Program-made: the position numbers and the translations under genes
The notes under the pieces: generated by a model
Told to the model about the DNA's origin: nothing
Database searches by the model: none
The model's input: the letters and a program-made list of their open reading frames with translations, nothing else
Shown: one piece after another, positions 1 through 11,849 of the stretch
How the letters are laid out: every line of letters starts with the position of its first letter
How positions within the stretch are numbered: position 1 is the stretch's first letter
Origin: Haplodiscus bocki
Taxonomy: Eukaryota
Assembly: GCA_965655095.1 (NCBI GenBank)
Contig: OZ296655.1
Location: 67,022,001 to 67,086,000, forward strand
Reading direction: 5' to 3'
DNA length: 64,000 bases

Positions 1-60
1 GAAATCAGTTTTAATCCGTCAAAAATCAGCGCTGACTGTCTGTGAGATGTGAACTTCCAT
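1..60. repeat. End of a CAGCGCTG-rich dispersed repeat (MITE-like family)
   Basis: The reverse complement (GGAAGTTCACATCTCACAGACAGTCAGCGCTGAT) resembles the start of the copy at 6427 (CCGGGTTGAGGTCTTAGAGACACCAAGCGCTGAT). The same motif clusters at 2455-2520. Confidence 0.5.
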
Positions 61-497
61 CACAAGTATAAAGTTTTAGAAAAAAATCACATTTGGTTCA
101 AAAATCAGAAGACAGCGCGGATATTGGTAAACTAATTTGACGCCAACTGTTTCTTTTAATTATTTTTGTCCACAAATTATGGCAAATTTTGGCTCGTGAT
201 TAACTTTCGTATTGAAGCAAAAGGAGAAATACCAAAAACATATGTTTTCTGCGCCCAAATGGTCACGAGAACAATTAATCACATGGCACAAATGAGCATT
301 ACATTACAAATCATTTGGACGCCAGTTGCAGCAAGAGGATCTTTGGTATCAAGTTCTGACTTATGTCAATTAATTAAATGACGTTACCATACTGAACCAG
401 ATGACCAAAGTTTTTTGAGATTTTAGTTATTTAGTTTTCAATTTTTTTCATACAACCGTTCTGAAACAGTTGGCCACAAACAACAATATTTGAAGAA

Positions 498-540
498 ATG
501 AAATCTTTTTTCGTCATCTTGGGACTTTTTGTAGCTCTTG
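498..540 (+). CDS. Putative exon 1 (signal peptide) of a small secreted repeat peptide gene
   Basis: ATG at 498 reads MKSFFVILGLFVAL-G (Lys then a hydrophobic core) and is followed directly by a consensus donor G|GTAAG at 541; phase-1 intron. Confidence 0.6.
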
Positions 541-2536
541 GTAAGATTTTCTGATATTGTTTGTTCTTTCAATTTAACTTTGAAAAACTCATTTTTTGCA
601 TTCAGTTCTACCAAACTTTTTTTTCACTCGGTCAATATTTTTTCTAAGTTATCATAAAATTCATATAGGGTTGTTGTTGCTTGGTGACATTTTTCAATTT
701 TTTCCTGAACTTCAAACCTTTTGGTTCATTTGATAGATTTCTTCGGTTATTATTGACAAGCAAAGAATTCTTAGAAACTTAGAAACCCCCCATCAAAAAT
801 AAGCTAACGATGTGTTGCCGTGCTCGGTCAATCATGCAATCATTCGGGCCCTTTTATTTTCATCGCAATAGAAACTACTCGGGTTGCGAAACATTGCCGT
901 CACGTCGTGCGCTGTCCATGATCGTACCATCATCATGGCGAAACCTATTTTTTTGTGGTTTGCTCTCCGTGATTCCCCACAATTCATAACATATTGGTCT
1001 GCATAACTTTAATATGATCTTGGTGTGGTTTCCATGATTTTGCCATAATCATGTTATGGCCATAAAGAATTTTCTCGATCTATCGGACCACAAACTTGTT
1101 CACCAAAACCAGCTTTACACATCTTCAAATTGAAATTCATATGCTGTATTTTTAAGAAGGCATTTTCTTTATTAGACGTTGTTTCCAGAGGCTGTCATTA
1201 TTTTGATTGATTGATATTTCGATATCGAATTATTTTTTTTCATTTCGTTCCCAAAAAATCTAATGAGTTAATTTTAAGATTTCTTTCTGGAAAAAAATCC
1301 CAGATATTTTTAAAAAGTTATTGCAAATAACGTTCATTAGCACCTTTGCCGAACTTTCGTCCAAAATTTTTCTACAATAAAGGCTAATCGACCCGGTAAC
1401 TCATAGCAAAATAGCAATGGATACCGACATTTCGTGGAAAATTAGCGGAGGTTACCGGACTTTCGCAGCAAAATTCCGCCAGCAGCAGACGTTTTTATAT
1501 TGTTTTTCGTTCATAAAGTGTTTCCATGATATGTATATCTTTTCGGGGGCGAACCCAACAACTATACTTGTTTCCAGAGATAGAAACAAAAGAAGTTGCC
1601 TCTAGAAAAATTCCGAGACTCAATATTCTCTAAAAAACTTCTGTTCAGTTCACAAAATCATGGCATATACACAAGATAAAGATCCCTGTTTTCTAAGCAA
1701 AAATTGCTTTTTGCTCGTTTCGAGAAAAAAAATCATTCAAAAAATTGTGGTATCAGTTTTTTGAAAGTACATCAAGTCAAATGGTGTTTGATCCCAAGAA
1801 CTCGAGGATATCGGGGTTCCTCCGAGAAATTATCTTCAAAATTGACATTCGGACTATTATATCATAATTTAGTGCCGTTCTCTTTCTAAGATACAGTCGA
1901 CATTACGGGCACTTCTTGGCAAAAAACCGCCGATCTTCAACTTTCTCCAAAAATGTGCGACGATAAAAACGCATCGGCGAATCTTAAAATGATAGCAACG
2001 GAATGAGCAAAACTATGGGCGATCGTGGAAAAATAGCGGCGCTTCACGGAAAAAAATTCATAGACGTCGTTTATTCTTCAGCTGCATGCGAGAAGTGAAT
2101 TATTCTTATTTTTTTTAAAACGTTCAAAATAAATAATTTGAATTTATGCTTCAGAATTATTTTGAAATAAATTACCTTTTGATGAAATCTGGTTGCGTCA
2201 CTCATCACTATCACGTTTTCGACTGCACTGTGGCTTATTTGATTCATTGATCAAAACTTTTTTGCTAAATGTCACAACATTTTTGTAGCAATTGTTTAAA
2301 GCAAAACGCGCAACTTAGTTATCCTGTAATTGGTTAAATTTCAGTAGGGTGTGAATTTTCAACGTCCCCAGTTTGAAGCTTTCAGTTTTACATTAGATAA
2401 ACTCAGAGACGTGAATTACTTTAAAAAGTGCGAGCACCACCGTATTTATCCCACTGTTTAGCGCTGAAAAACGGAAGCAGTAATACAAATCAGCGCTGAA
2501 CAGCGCTGTTTTAGCTCTTAAACCAGAATTTTACTC

Positions 2537-2768
2537 GGATCTCGGATCTTTTCTGTTAACACCCCCCCCCCCTCACACACACCCACAATCACCGTGATGC
2601 GTGATGGATATGCGAAATAATAGGCAGCGTAATGTTTTAACTCACGCGCCAGCGAATTTTAGCCAACCAGAGACGAGTTCGCTTTTGCGTGGGGAGGGGG
2701 GAGGTGAGGGTAAAATTCCCGCTACTACTGGTGGGGGGGGGGCAGTGATTAAAGAAGATCCCGGATCT
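2537..2768. mobile_element. Small MITE-like element with imperfect terminal inverted repeats and poly-C/poly-G arms
   Basis: Left end GGATCTCGGATCTTTTCTGTTAACACCCCCCCC versus reverse complement of the right end AGATCCGGGATCTTCTTTAATCACTGCCCCCCCC. Confidence 0.55.
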
Positions 2769-3175
2769 CTATTACTGGGTGCTTCATATGGCTGTTTGTT
2801 CAAGCATGGACTTTTTGAATGGTGTAATATTTCTCGATGTTATAAGAATTGGTGTTTTTTGGGCAAAAAGAATTGCCATCGAAATGAATACTCAAATTAA
2901 TATGGATCGCAATTTCCAGCTTCGGTATTAATAGTTTCGTTATACTTGTTTAAACATATATATTTCAATTTCCAATTGACATATTGAGAAACAGGTTTTC
3001 CGATTCTGTTAACATATAAACATACATTTTTTTTTCATTACGTATAAATCTGGGGCGTGCCCTAAATGAAAAAAAAAGATTTATTGCAAGATTCATACAG
3101 AATCATGTAAATTTGTTGGAAAATGTGGCAAGTAAATGCGTTTTTCTTGATACATCTTGGAAGATCTAGCAAGAA

Positions 3176-4541
3176 GATGCGAGACAAAATCGCCGATTTT
3201 TGAGTGAGACAAAACAGCCGATTTTGAAAACGGGACAAAGTCGCCAATTTTGATAATGAGACGAAACCTCCGATTTGAAAGTGGGACAAAACCACCGATT
3301 TGTTATAATACAGATCGCTAATCTTTGCAAAGATAAAAGTTGTTCAAGATAAAAGCGTCTTGGCCTAAATACGGATAATTAGCAATTAAGTTACGGATGC
3401 GAGACAAAACCGCCGATTTTATTTTGAAAATGGGACAAAATCGCCGATTTTGATAATGAGACAAAACCGCCGATTTCGAAGTGGGACAAAACCGCCGATT
3501 TGTTATAATACAGATCGCTAGTCTTTGCAAAGATAAAAGTTGTTCAAGATAAAAGCGTCTTGGCCTAATTACGGATAATCGACAATTAAATTACCAATAT
3601 ACTAATGAAATGGTTTTAACTATCAAACACAAAATAACCAAGCCCAAAATACCCAAAGTTGAAAAAATTTTGACCAAAATTTGAATTTTTGTAAGAAGTG
3701 AATGTTAAAAATCTGGACGGCCAGGAACAGAAAATTATGAAAATTGATAATCCTAATATCTGTAAATTAAATTTTCTGTCACCTAAGGGGTTCCACCCCA
3801 AAATACCCAAGCCAAAAATACCCAAAGTCCCAAAATACCCAAGGCCAAAATACTCAAGGCCAAAATACCCAAGATTGAAACAACGATACCAATTAAATAA
3901 TTAAAAGCGTCTTAACGTCAAAAGTACCCAAAATACTTCATTGTTTGGGTATTTTGGGACTTTGAGTATTTTGGCCTCGGGTATTTTGGGTTCGGGTATT
4001 TTGGGCTTGGGTATTTTAGGCTTGGGTATTTTGAGTTTGGGTATTTTGTCCTGCCACCCACCTAAGGAAATGCCAATGAAACTGAAAAACTAGTACAAAA
4101 ACAACCAATTTTAATTTTTGCGTTATATAATTTTCTAATTTTTTTTGATACTCAATTGCATGAACCGAAAATATTCGTAAAGACCGTTTCTGAGTTTTTA
4201 GGGAATGACGTTTTTATTAGCCGCAAAAATTAGGAAATGGCATTTAGTTAGTAGTATCTCAGTTTCTAATAGTAATTGGTAATATAATTGCTAATTATCG
4301 ATAATTAGGCCAAGAGGCTTTTATCAGAGAAACAACTTTGATGGCAAATTGTTCTCTTCTACAAAATCGGCCGTCTTGTCCCACTTTAAAATCGGCTGTT
4401 TTGTCCCACTTTAAAATCGGCGATTTTGTCTCATTTTTGAAATCGGCGGTTTTGTCTCATTTTCGAAAACGGCGGTTTTGTCTCATTTTCGAAAACGGCG
4501 GTTTTGTCTCATTTGAAATCGGCTGTTTTGTCCTACCCCCT
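3176..4541. mobile_element. Foldback-type non-autonomous DNA element with long inverted arms built of ~24-bp subrepeats
   Basis: Left arm repeats GAGACAAAACCGCCGATTTT (3176-3500) and the right arm has the reverse complement AAAATCGGCGGTTTTGTCTC (4363-4535). The segment AAAAGCGTCTTGGCCTAATTACGGATAAT (~3552-3580) is inverted at ~4295-4322. Confidence 0.75.
3789..4058. mobile_element. Nested MITE with AAAATACCCAAG inverted subrepeats and a 9-bp direct-repeat flank
   Basis: CACCTAAGG at 3780-3788 and 4059-4067 flanks an element whose left half is (AAAATACCCAAG)n and right half (TTGGGTATTTT)n. The same arrangement recurs at 4735-4743 and 5029-5037. Confidence 0.7.
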
Positions 4542-4545
4542 TAAG

Positions 4546-5432
4546 TTACCATTATACTAATGAAATGGTTTCAACTATCAAACCCAAAATAACCAAGCCT
4601 AAAATACCCAAAATTGAAAAAATTTTGACCAAAATTTGAATTTTTGTAAGAAGCGAACGTTAGAAATCTGGACGGCCAGGAACAGAAAATTATGAATATT
4701 GATAATCCTAACATCTTTAAAATAAATTTTTTGTCACCTAAGGGGTTCCCACCCCAAAATAGCCAAACCTAAAATATCCAAGCCCGAAATACCCAAGCCC
4801 AAAATACCCAAAGTCCCAAAATGCCAAAGGCCAAAATACTCAAGGCCAAAATACCCAAGATTGAAACAACGATACCAATTAAATAATTAAAAGCGTCTGA
4901 ACATCAAAAGTACTCAAAATACTTCAATGCTTGGGTATTTTAGGACTTTGAGTATTTTAGCTTTGGGTATTTTGGTTTGGGTATTTTGGGCTCGGGTATT
5001 TTAAGTTTGAGTATTTTGTCCTGCCACCCACCTAAGGAAATGCCAATGTAACTGACAAACACTACAACAGCAACCAATTTTAATTTTTGCGTCATATAAT
5101 TTTCTGATTTTTCTTGATACTCAATTGCATGAACCGAAAATATCCGATAAGACCATTTTTGAATTTTTTGGGAAAGGCGTTTTTATTAGCCGCAAAAATT
5201 GGGAAATTGCATTTAGCTAGTGGTATCTCAGTTTCTAATGGTAATGGGTAAGATATTTGCTAATTATCGATAATTAGGCCAAGACGCTTTTATCAGAGAA
5301 ACAATTTTGATGGCAATTTGTTCTCTTTTACAAAATCGGCTGTCTTGCCCTACTTTAAAATCGGCGGTTTTGTCTCATTTTCGAAATCGGCGGTTTTGTC
5401 TCATTTAAAATCGGCTGTTTTGTCCTGCCCCC
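4546..5432. repeat. Diverged tandem duplicate of 3591-4541 (core plus right arm of the foldback element)
   Basis: Both copies start TTACCA(A/T)TATACTAATGAAATGG and end GGCTGTTTTGTCCT(A/G)CCCCCT; collinear throughout with scattered substitutions. Confidence 0.9.
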
Positions 5433-5683
5433 TAGCAAGAACCTTGCAAAAAAACGCAATCGTTAAAATTCTGCCTAATAAAAAATCTTGCAAGGGGGAA
5501 AATTTTGTAATAAATCAATTGCCTCTAAGGACCCTGTGGGAAAAGTAATGAACAGAAAACGGATTGCATCAAAATGCAAGACTTTTGCAAGAAATTTATT
5601 TTTGGACGGATCTTGTAAGATATGAATTTTTTGTTCAGTTTTCGTGGCTACTAAAACAAAATAACCATGAAAACTGTTTGCAG

Positions 5684-5964
5684 CGAGCTTGGTCAATTGT
5701 AGTGGCAACATCAAGTGGTACACGTCAGACTGGGGGTCCACTATGGACTGGGAGACATTCCTCAGCATCGACTGGTCCACGTCAGACTGGTGGTCCGCTA
5801 TGGACTGGGAGACATTCCTCAGCATCGACTGGTCCACGTCAGACTGGGGGTCCACTGTGGACTGGGAGACATTCCTCAGCATCGACTGGTCCACGTCAGA
5901 CTGGTGGTCCGCTATGGACTGGACATTTCTCAGCATCAACTGGTCCACTATGGAATGGTATTAG
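5684..5964 (+). CDS. Putative exon 2 encoding Trp/Asp/Ser-rich 19-aa repeats
   Basis: Acceptor TGTTTGCAG| ends at 5683. A phase-1 join with exon 1 gives ...VAL-A-SLVNC-SGNIKWYTSDW..., completing a signal peptide, in frame with the ORF-track ORF 5689..5964. TAG at 5962-5964. Confidence 0.55.
5716..5940. repeat. 57-bp tandem repeat, 4 copies, alternating A/B (114-bp higher-order period)
   Basis: Units start at 5716, 5773, 5830 and 5887 (the last is 54 bp). Copies 1 and 3 carry GGGGGTCCAC, copies 2 and 4 carry GGTGGTCCGC. Confidence 0.95.
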
Positions 5965-6320
5965 CCCACTATGGAATGGGATGAGTTTGCATTGTAATTC
6001 ATCTACGGAGCTTATCAATTTCACCACTTCAGCGGAAATGAAGAAACTGAAACTGGAAATGGCAAACGGGAGGAAATCAGAAATCGACTTCGTTTGTCAT
6101 CTACAAAAGGACTATGTTGACAGGTGGCAGGGTTAAGATATGAATGTAGCAACTGGTCTGTGAAAATATGCAAATGGAAGGGAAGCTCTATCGGCTATTT
6201 TTTTCATATTTAGAAAAGGTTCGACGAGAGGAAACATTTCAGTATGCACTTAGTCCATTTGGCCGAATGAAGTACTGCTACATGGTTGTAACACAGTATT
6301 GTAACGTGTTTGGTCAAAAT
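5965..6320 (+). pseudogene. Decayed C-type-lectin-like coding remnant
   Basis: With one frameshift and stops it reads MEWDEF..CNSSTELINFTTSAEM...RWQG*DMNVATGL*KYANG...C..W...GCN, resembling the CTLD pattern W..a...C....L..i.s.eE / WiG / g.W.W.nG / C..W...C. Motif resemblance only. Confidence 0.3.
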
Positions 6321-6426
6321 AGTCAGAGCGCAAAGGGGGTCTAGATAGGAACCTATTAGAGTTCAGCTGAACATTTTTAAATTCCAATCAGAATTGGAAA
6401 TCCTGAAAGGAATTTATTACCACCTT

Positions 6427-7250
6427 CCGGGTTGAGGTCTTAGAGACACCAAGCGCTGATCAGCTCTGAGTCGGAAGTTATCAGCGCTATTTCAGTACTA
6501 ATTTCAGTACATTACTTGAAAATCTGTGAACAGCGCTATAAGCACAAAGTTTCTGAGCCAAAAATCAGCGCTGAACACTGCTTGTTCTCTCTGATACAGC
6601 GCTGACTTTTCTTCAATTCAAAATGTAATTTTTTTTGCTGAATTTTCATTTTCTTTTCACGAAATTTTTCGAAGTTTTTTCAAGGCAAAGGTGCCGATTC
6701 TGATTTTGCTTCCATATGAGTGAAAAAATCGAACAATAGAACTTTTAGTTGTTCAACCTTCCTGCGAGCCAAAGTATAATAAACACCTAGAGTTTCCATA
6801 TGTCAATGATATCGAAGTAACATAGCTATTAATGCAACAAAGATGTTTGGCTTTCATTAGCTCAATTGGATGAACAAATTATTAGGATTTTCCCGTTTTT
6901 GAAGTTATTTTTTGAAAAAGTGGAAACATTTCGGATTTTGGATAATGAGATACAAATTTCCTTACCAGATTATGTGACTTCAACCTTGTTTGATTGTGTT
7001 TTCATTTTCTGATGATGTGATTTAACTGCGGAACAAGCAGAGTTGTCTCGGGTAGAATCAACGTTGAATCAGACCAACTAACCAATTTTCAAAGATAGGG
7101 AAAATAGCGCTGAAAAGTTCAGTCTTTAACAGCGTTGATTCAGAGAAATTCAGTGCTGATCACCTTTGAAACCACGATCATCTGCTGTTGTATTTTCCAT
7201 CTACTCTAAAACGGTGCCGATCAGTTCTGGTTTTGCTCTGATCGGGGCTT
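6427..7250. repeat. CAGCGCTG-rich dispersed repeat (MITE-like), decayed
   Basis: Clusters of (A)TCAGCGCTGA-like motifs at both ends (6450-6605 and 7105-7240) around an AT-rich middle. Confidence 0.5.
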
Positions 7251-7875
7251 TTCTCTTACCATTGTAAGTGAGTTCTTCCTTTCTGACAGCAAGGAGGGAT
7301 CGAAGTGTCGCATGAGATCATGGGATGGCCTACGTTGGTATCGTTGTGCAACTCCCCCAGTAAACGCAAACATCGATACATCACAAAACTCAACTTTGAG
7401 GTAAATTCGATTCTTGTCATAAACGGTCCTATCAGTGTCAAGCCATCTTCACAATTCATACAACACTGTCACTTGCAATTATAAGCTTTTTTGACTTTCT
7501 GGAAATGTCAGTATTTTATGATTCTTAGAAAAATTAGGAGTTGATCATGGCGTTGATAAGAAATGATCTCACTGAATCGGTAGTATCAACTGAATCATAC
7601 ATTCGCATGAATTCACATTCATGAATTTGATTGTTGATTGTAATTGCAGTTTCTCTTCATACTCGTTCAATTCAGATTACAAATTAGGTCATGAAACTTT
7701 ATGCGGTAGTTTTCCTGTCGACACATCGTGACACTAAATTGTTGCTTGTCAAGCTTGAAATCATGCTATTGATAAAGTGAGGTCATTCTAGAAATAGCTT
7801 GGCGTGAGGTTTGCTTCTAATATTGAGGATTTTTCCAATTCTACTCAGCAAACGGGGAGTGATTTGCAAAATACA

Positions 7876-8045
7876 AAAGCGGTAGTGCTAGTATTGCTCA
7901 ACTGCTCTTCCTTCTATTTCATTCAAATCAACTGCTCATATTGTCAAATTTGCGATTGACAAAGCGGTAGTGCTAGTATTGCTCAACTGCTCTTCCTTCT
8001 ATTTCATTCAAATCAACTGCTCATATTGTCAAATTTGCGATTGAC
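7876..8045. repeat. Exact 85-bp tandem duplication
   Basis: AAAGCGGTAGTGCTAG...TTGCGATTGAC at 7876-7960 and 7961-8045, no mismatch seen. Confidence 0.95.
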
Positions 8046-8949
8046 AGAATCCACATTTGATCTTGTCGTTACAGTCTTTTCAATATTTTCTTCGGTTTTT
8101 TAATTCTATTTCTCGCTTCCTCTTTATTTGACTGTAAACTCTGATCTAGGGTACTGCAAACTTTCCTTTTTTCCGCAATGACTTAGAAGACTAGATATAA
8201 AGCGAGAAATTCTGAAACCCGAGAAGTCGTTGAGAGGGATATTGAAGAAGATTCAGTAGGAACAGGAGAATAGATCAATAAAAATCAAAAAAGTGAATTT
8301 GTGAATAGTAGAGTTGGATCAATTACCATTAGTGCTGGCGCTTTTGTCCTAAACGAGCCTAATCAAACAGAGAAGGATTTTCAAGTGTTTTCACAATGGA
8401 ATGATGACGCTATTGAGAGTGGACTCAAGAGGACCTTAAGTGCTCTTGTTGATAAGCTAGTTAACGCAATATATGGGAATAAGAACTCAATTAGCGAAGC
8501 GGTGGTGTAGAGCCTGAGATCAGAAAATACAGGTAAAAAACTTGCTGGGTCTCGAACCAATGACTACATTGAGGATGCATATAACATGATGAGGAGCAAT
8601 CCAAGTCTTAATGATTTTGCAATCCTCTCACGGAAGGTTTTTTGAAACTCCCAGCCCCGAGAGAACTGAAGTGGAAAATCATCACACATAGGAAACGAGA
8701 ACTGCCATTCTTCATAAAAAAACAAATACGGCGAATTAGATGGTTTTGCACGAGAATTATTTTTTGTTTCCCTGGAAACCCATCATCGTCCGCTGATACT
8801 GTCGTGGACTCATTCAATTAGCTGAAGTTTTGAATTTTTCTACTTGATAAGGAATGCCTAAGAATGACTAATAAACCGAGTGAAAAAGTGTTGTCTTTGA
8901 AGTAAATAAACCTGAGCTTCTATTTAGCCTTGTTATAGAAAACTTCGGG

Positions 8950-10090
8950 TGAAAAACTCGACGTCCCACATTTGGCATCTTTCGGACACACTGGGTATGC
9001 AAAAGAGCACTAGAACATTATAATGTCGGGAAAGGCTATATCGGCGTCCTCCTTTCTGTTGCCCGTTCTTTTCCGAACGAGAGCAGGAGCGAAGACAAGA
9101 GAAAATCTTGTAGAAAAAAAACAAAACCTCGAACTTTCTTCTTGTATTATTGAATTATCATGGGCGAAACTTTAAGAATTGCTCTTTGAGAAAATCCCTT
9201 CCTAGCATCAGAGTAAATCTTGCAGACGTTGCAACTTGATGAGCAAGTAATATGTATTTGGAGCCTTCCAGAGGTTTCTATTAACTCTAAATGTCACTAC
9301 GAACCATACTCTTGGATCCTTAGAATCGAATTGAAGCAAGGCCGACCGGTGGCACGCATTTCGAGCCAGGTATTTTCATGCGCGTTATTTTAGTTGCCAT
9401 AGTTTCTTTTTAACGCATCTATGACCCGGAAAAATCTCCCAATCTCGACCAATGAAACTCAACCAAGCTGATATGAAAAAAATAGAAATAGAACGAAAAA
9501 CAATCGCTACGAGCGTTGCTTTTGGACTCCGAGCTCGACAGGATGGAAAAACCTGTGAAACGAAGCGAATAAAAACGACCAAAAGACCAAGAAATTTATG
9601 CAGGAAAAATGTGTGCTCAATTACAACATTGTTTTTAAGATGTTCCCATCAACTGCAGCGGAATATCACTACCCAACCCGTATGCAATAATAACATTCAG
9701 TTATCCATTACACAAGGACCATTATGAGCACTACCCATAAAACGTCCTTCAATTGCGTAGTTTCCGCAAAAAAAAGAAATTGTTCCGGAAATAAAACTAA
9801 TCGCCGTGATTTTCACACTAGTAAAATGGGTGTTGCTGGGCAACAAACGGTCGGTAGTGCTCACACGCGGCGCAGGTTCTTTGGAAGAACAGATGGTGAC
9901 GAAACTTTTTCTAAAGATGTTTACTTTACAAAGCAAAACGAAAACAAATTTTGGACAGAGTTTTGATTTTCGAAAACTTTCAACTCTTTTGAAGCGTTAC
10001 ACAAAGTAGTATTGGGAATTCCAACCACAAGAGGCCAGCGGATTAGATGTTGAAGTCCCCGAAGCTCTGAAGTTCCAATTTTATACAATA
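8950..10090 (+). mobile_element. Possible DIRS-type retrotransposon RT/RNase H remnant, highly decayed
   Basis: Fragments FRTHW...KGYIG...PNESRS (DIRS RT N-terminus F...W...GY...N.S), RIELKQG (cf. DLKxG) and KWVLLGNKRSVV...GS..EQ (cf. W.tDN..vv...GS...LQ) occur in the expected order. Confidence 0.3.
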
Positions 10091-10445
10091 AAGGCTCCCT
10101 CATAAGCCTATTTTGACTGCTTTTCGATAATTTTGATCTTGTTTATCACCAATTCACCTTTTTCTATGATTCTGTTGCTATTTCTGAACGTTGAGTTACA
10201 AAAATACATGTTTATATCTTGATTAGGTGAGTTTTGAATAAAACTAGAGAGCGGTTGATTTATATTATAACTCGAGATCCAGTTTGCTCAATTCTTCAGA
10301 CGAACGACAGAGCAGATTTTAGTTAATCATAATCACCAAGATTCTCTACTTCGAAAAAGTTTTTGGAAATGAACATTCTGAACGAGTACGAATAGCGGAC
10401 AAGTGGACCAAATCAAATCAATTGGAAAACAATTATGGAATACTT

Positions 10446-10900
10446 TGTCAAGGCCTGAGTTCACTGAGCGTGGGGACTTGTTGACTGAAGAACCCAGTTT
10501 AGGATGGGGAGCATTCTGGGATGGTCTTCAAAACGCTCCTGGTTTTCCCTGTCAGATTTCCGAGAAGTTCACGGGATGGTTCCTTAATGCAATTGGAGTT
10601 GTGAGCACAAGAAAGTAATCCAGTTTTGACAAAAACTTTAGTACTCGACTCTCTGTTCTTCTAAGTAAATCCTGAGATAGCTATTCTTCCCTCGATTTCC
10701 TCGGAGACCTGTATGATATACTCCTCACTGATTCTGGGAACATTCGTTTCTCGCGATAACTTGTTGCTACGTTGCTCCTTTTCACTTTCTTTGTTGAGTG
10801 TCGCTAACTTCCTTTTCTCATTCAATGCAGCCATTTGAAGGAATAGATTTGGATTGCTTTGAAGATTGGGTTGAAGTATTTTATTTTCCTACCAATCTAA
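10446..10900 (-). mobile_element. Diverged LTR fragment related to 41764-43312
   Basis: Minus strand from ATG at 10834 reads MAALNEKRKLATLNK...NVPRISEEYIIQVSEEIEGRI, matching 42910-43100 (SVPRINEEYITQFSEEIESRI). It ends in ...TGACA at 10446, like the other copy. Confidence 0.7.
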
Positions 10901-11849
10901 ACAGCTAGGAAAACATACACTATTGGGCACCATCATCAATTCAGAAAGATAAATTTTTAGCACCTTCATTTCTCTCATTCAGACTTCTTCCTTGTCGGGA
11001 AAAATACTTTGTTTACATGCCAAGTCAGGGTAGGAAGTAGACGAAAATTCTTTCATGATACTGGTTACGAGTAAAATTGCCTGATCCAGCGGCGAATTAG
11101 TTCCTTTCCATGCATTTCCCCTGTTTACAAGTAGCCGCTTTTTCATCTTTCTACACAGAAAAGACAGACCTAATCTGTCCCAAAGGACATCAAAGTACAT
11201 ATTTCCGCGCTGAAATGTTGTTTACTAGTACCGTAGCAATGGAACAACTATTTCCCATATTTGCAAAATATGGAAGTTTTTCAAAAACCAACAGTGGAAA
11301 AAATAATTGCAAGTGTTTCATGCAGAAAGTATACTGGCTCATTTGAATTATTATTGACGAACAGAGTAGGAACAAGGAACATTCCGAGTCTGCTCCTCAA
11401 TTACCTTAGTTTTTTCCGGAACTCTTAAATTAGTTTCGTAAATATTAGTTGCACTATTATTAGCCGCGAGTAGTATTGGTCAAGCCATGCAGCGAAAAGG
11501 AAGTATGTATTCGTTACAGATTCGGCTTTCATAGTTCAGCACTCTAGCTCAGTTTTGAATGAGTGCATTGGTTTGTGACACCACCAGACTAATAGTGAGA
11601 GACTATGTGCGGAACAAAAAGTCACTCCTGGGGTCTTTAACGCTATAATACAATTGCACAATTTAGTTTGCTGTAATTGACTGCATCATTTTCACGCAAC
11701 ACTAAAACACTCCAATTTTATTCAAATGTCTAAAAAATGGAGATAATTCACAAAAAAACAATGTAAAAAGAGCAACTTTAGTTTGTTATAGGATAAATCG
11801 TGAACGATTTTTTTAACGGTTGCGTCCAAGTCTGGATTGGTTTACTGGA

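Noticed and set aside
3790-5030. Telomere-like TTGGGT/ACCCAA repeats and the PKIPKPK-type ORF 3698..3904
   Set aside because: The units are ~15-bp subrepeats arranged as inverted arms of a MITE, not telomeric hexamers; the ORF is a by-product.
5716-5940. CRISPR-like array
   Set aside because: Units are contiguous near-identical tandem copies with no unique spacers, there are no cas genes, and the context is eukaryotic.
5475-6136. Overlapping ORFs 5475..5948(-), 5564..6136(+) and 5715..5984(+) as separate genes
   Set aside because: They are open mainly because the 57-bp repeat is a multiple of 3 and stop-free. Only the Trp-rich frame fits the splice sites and signal peptide.
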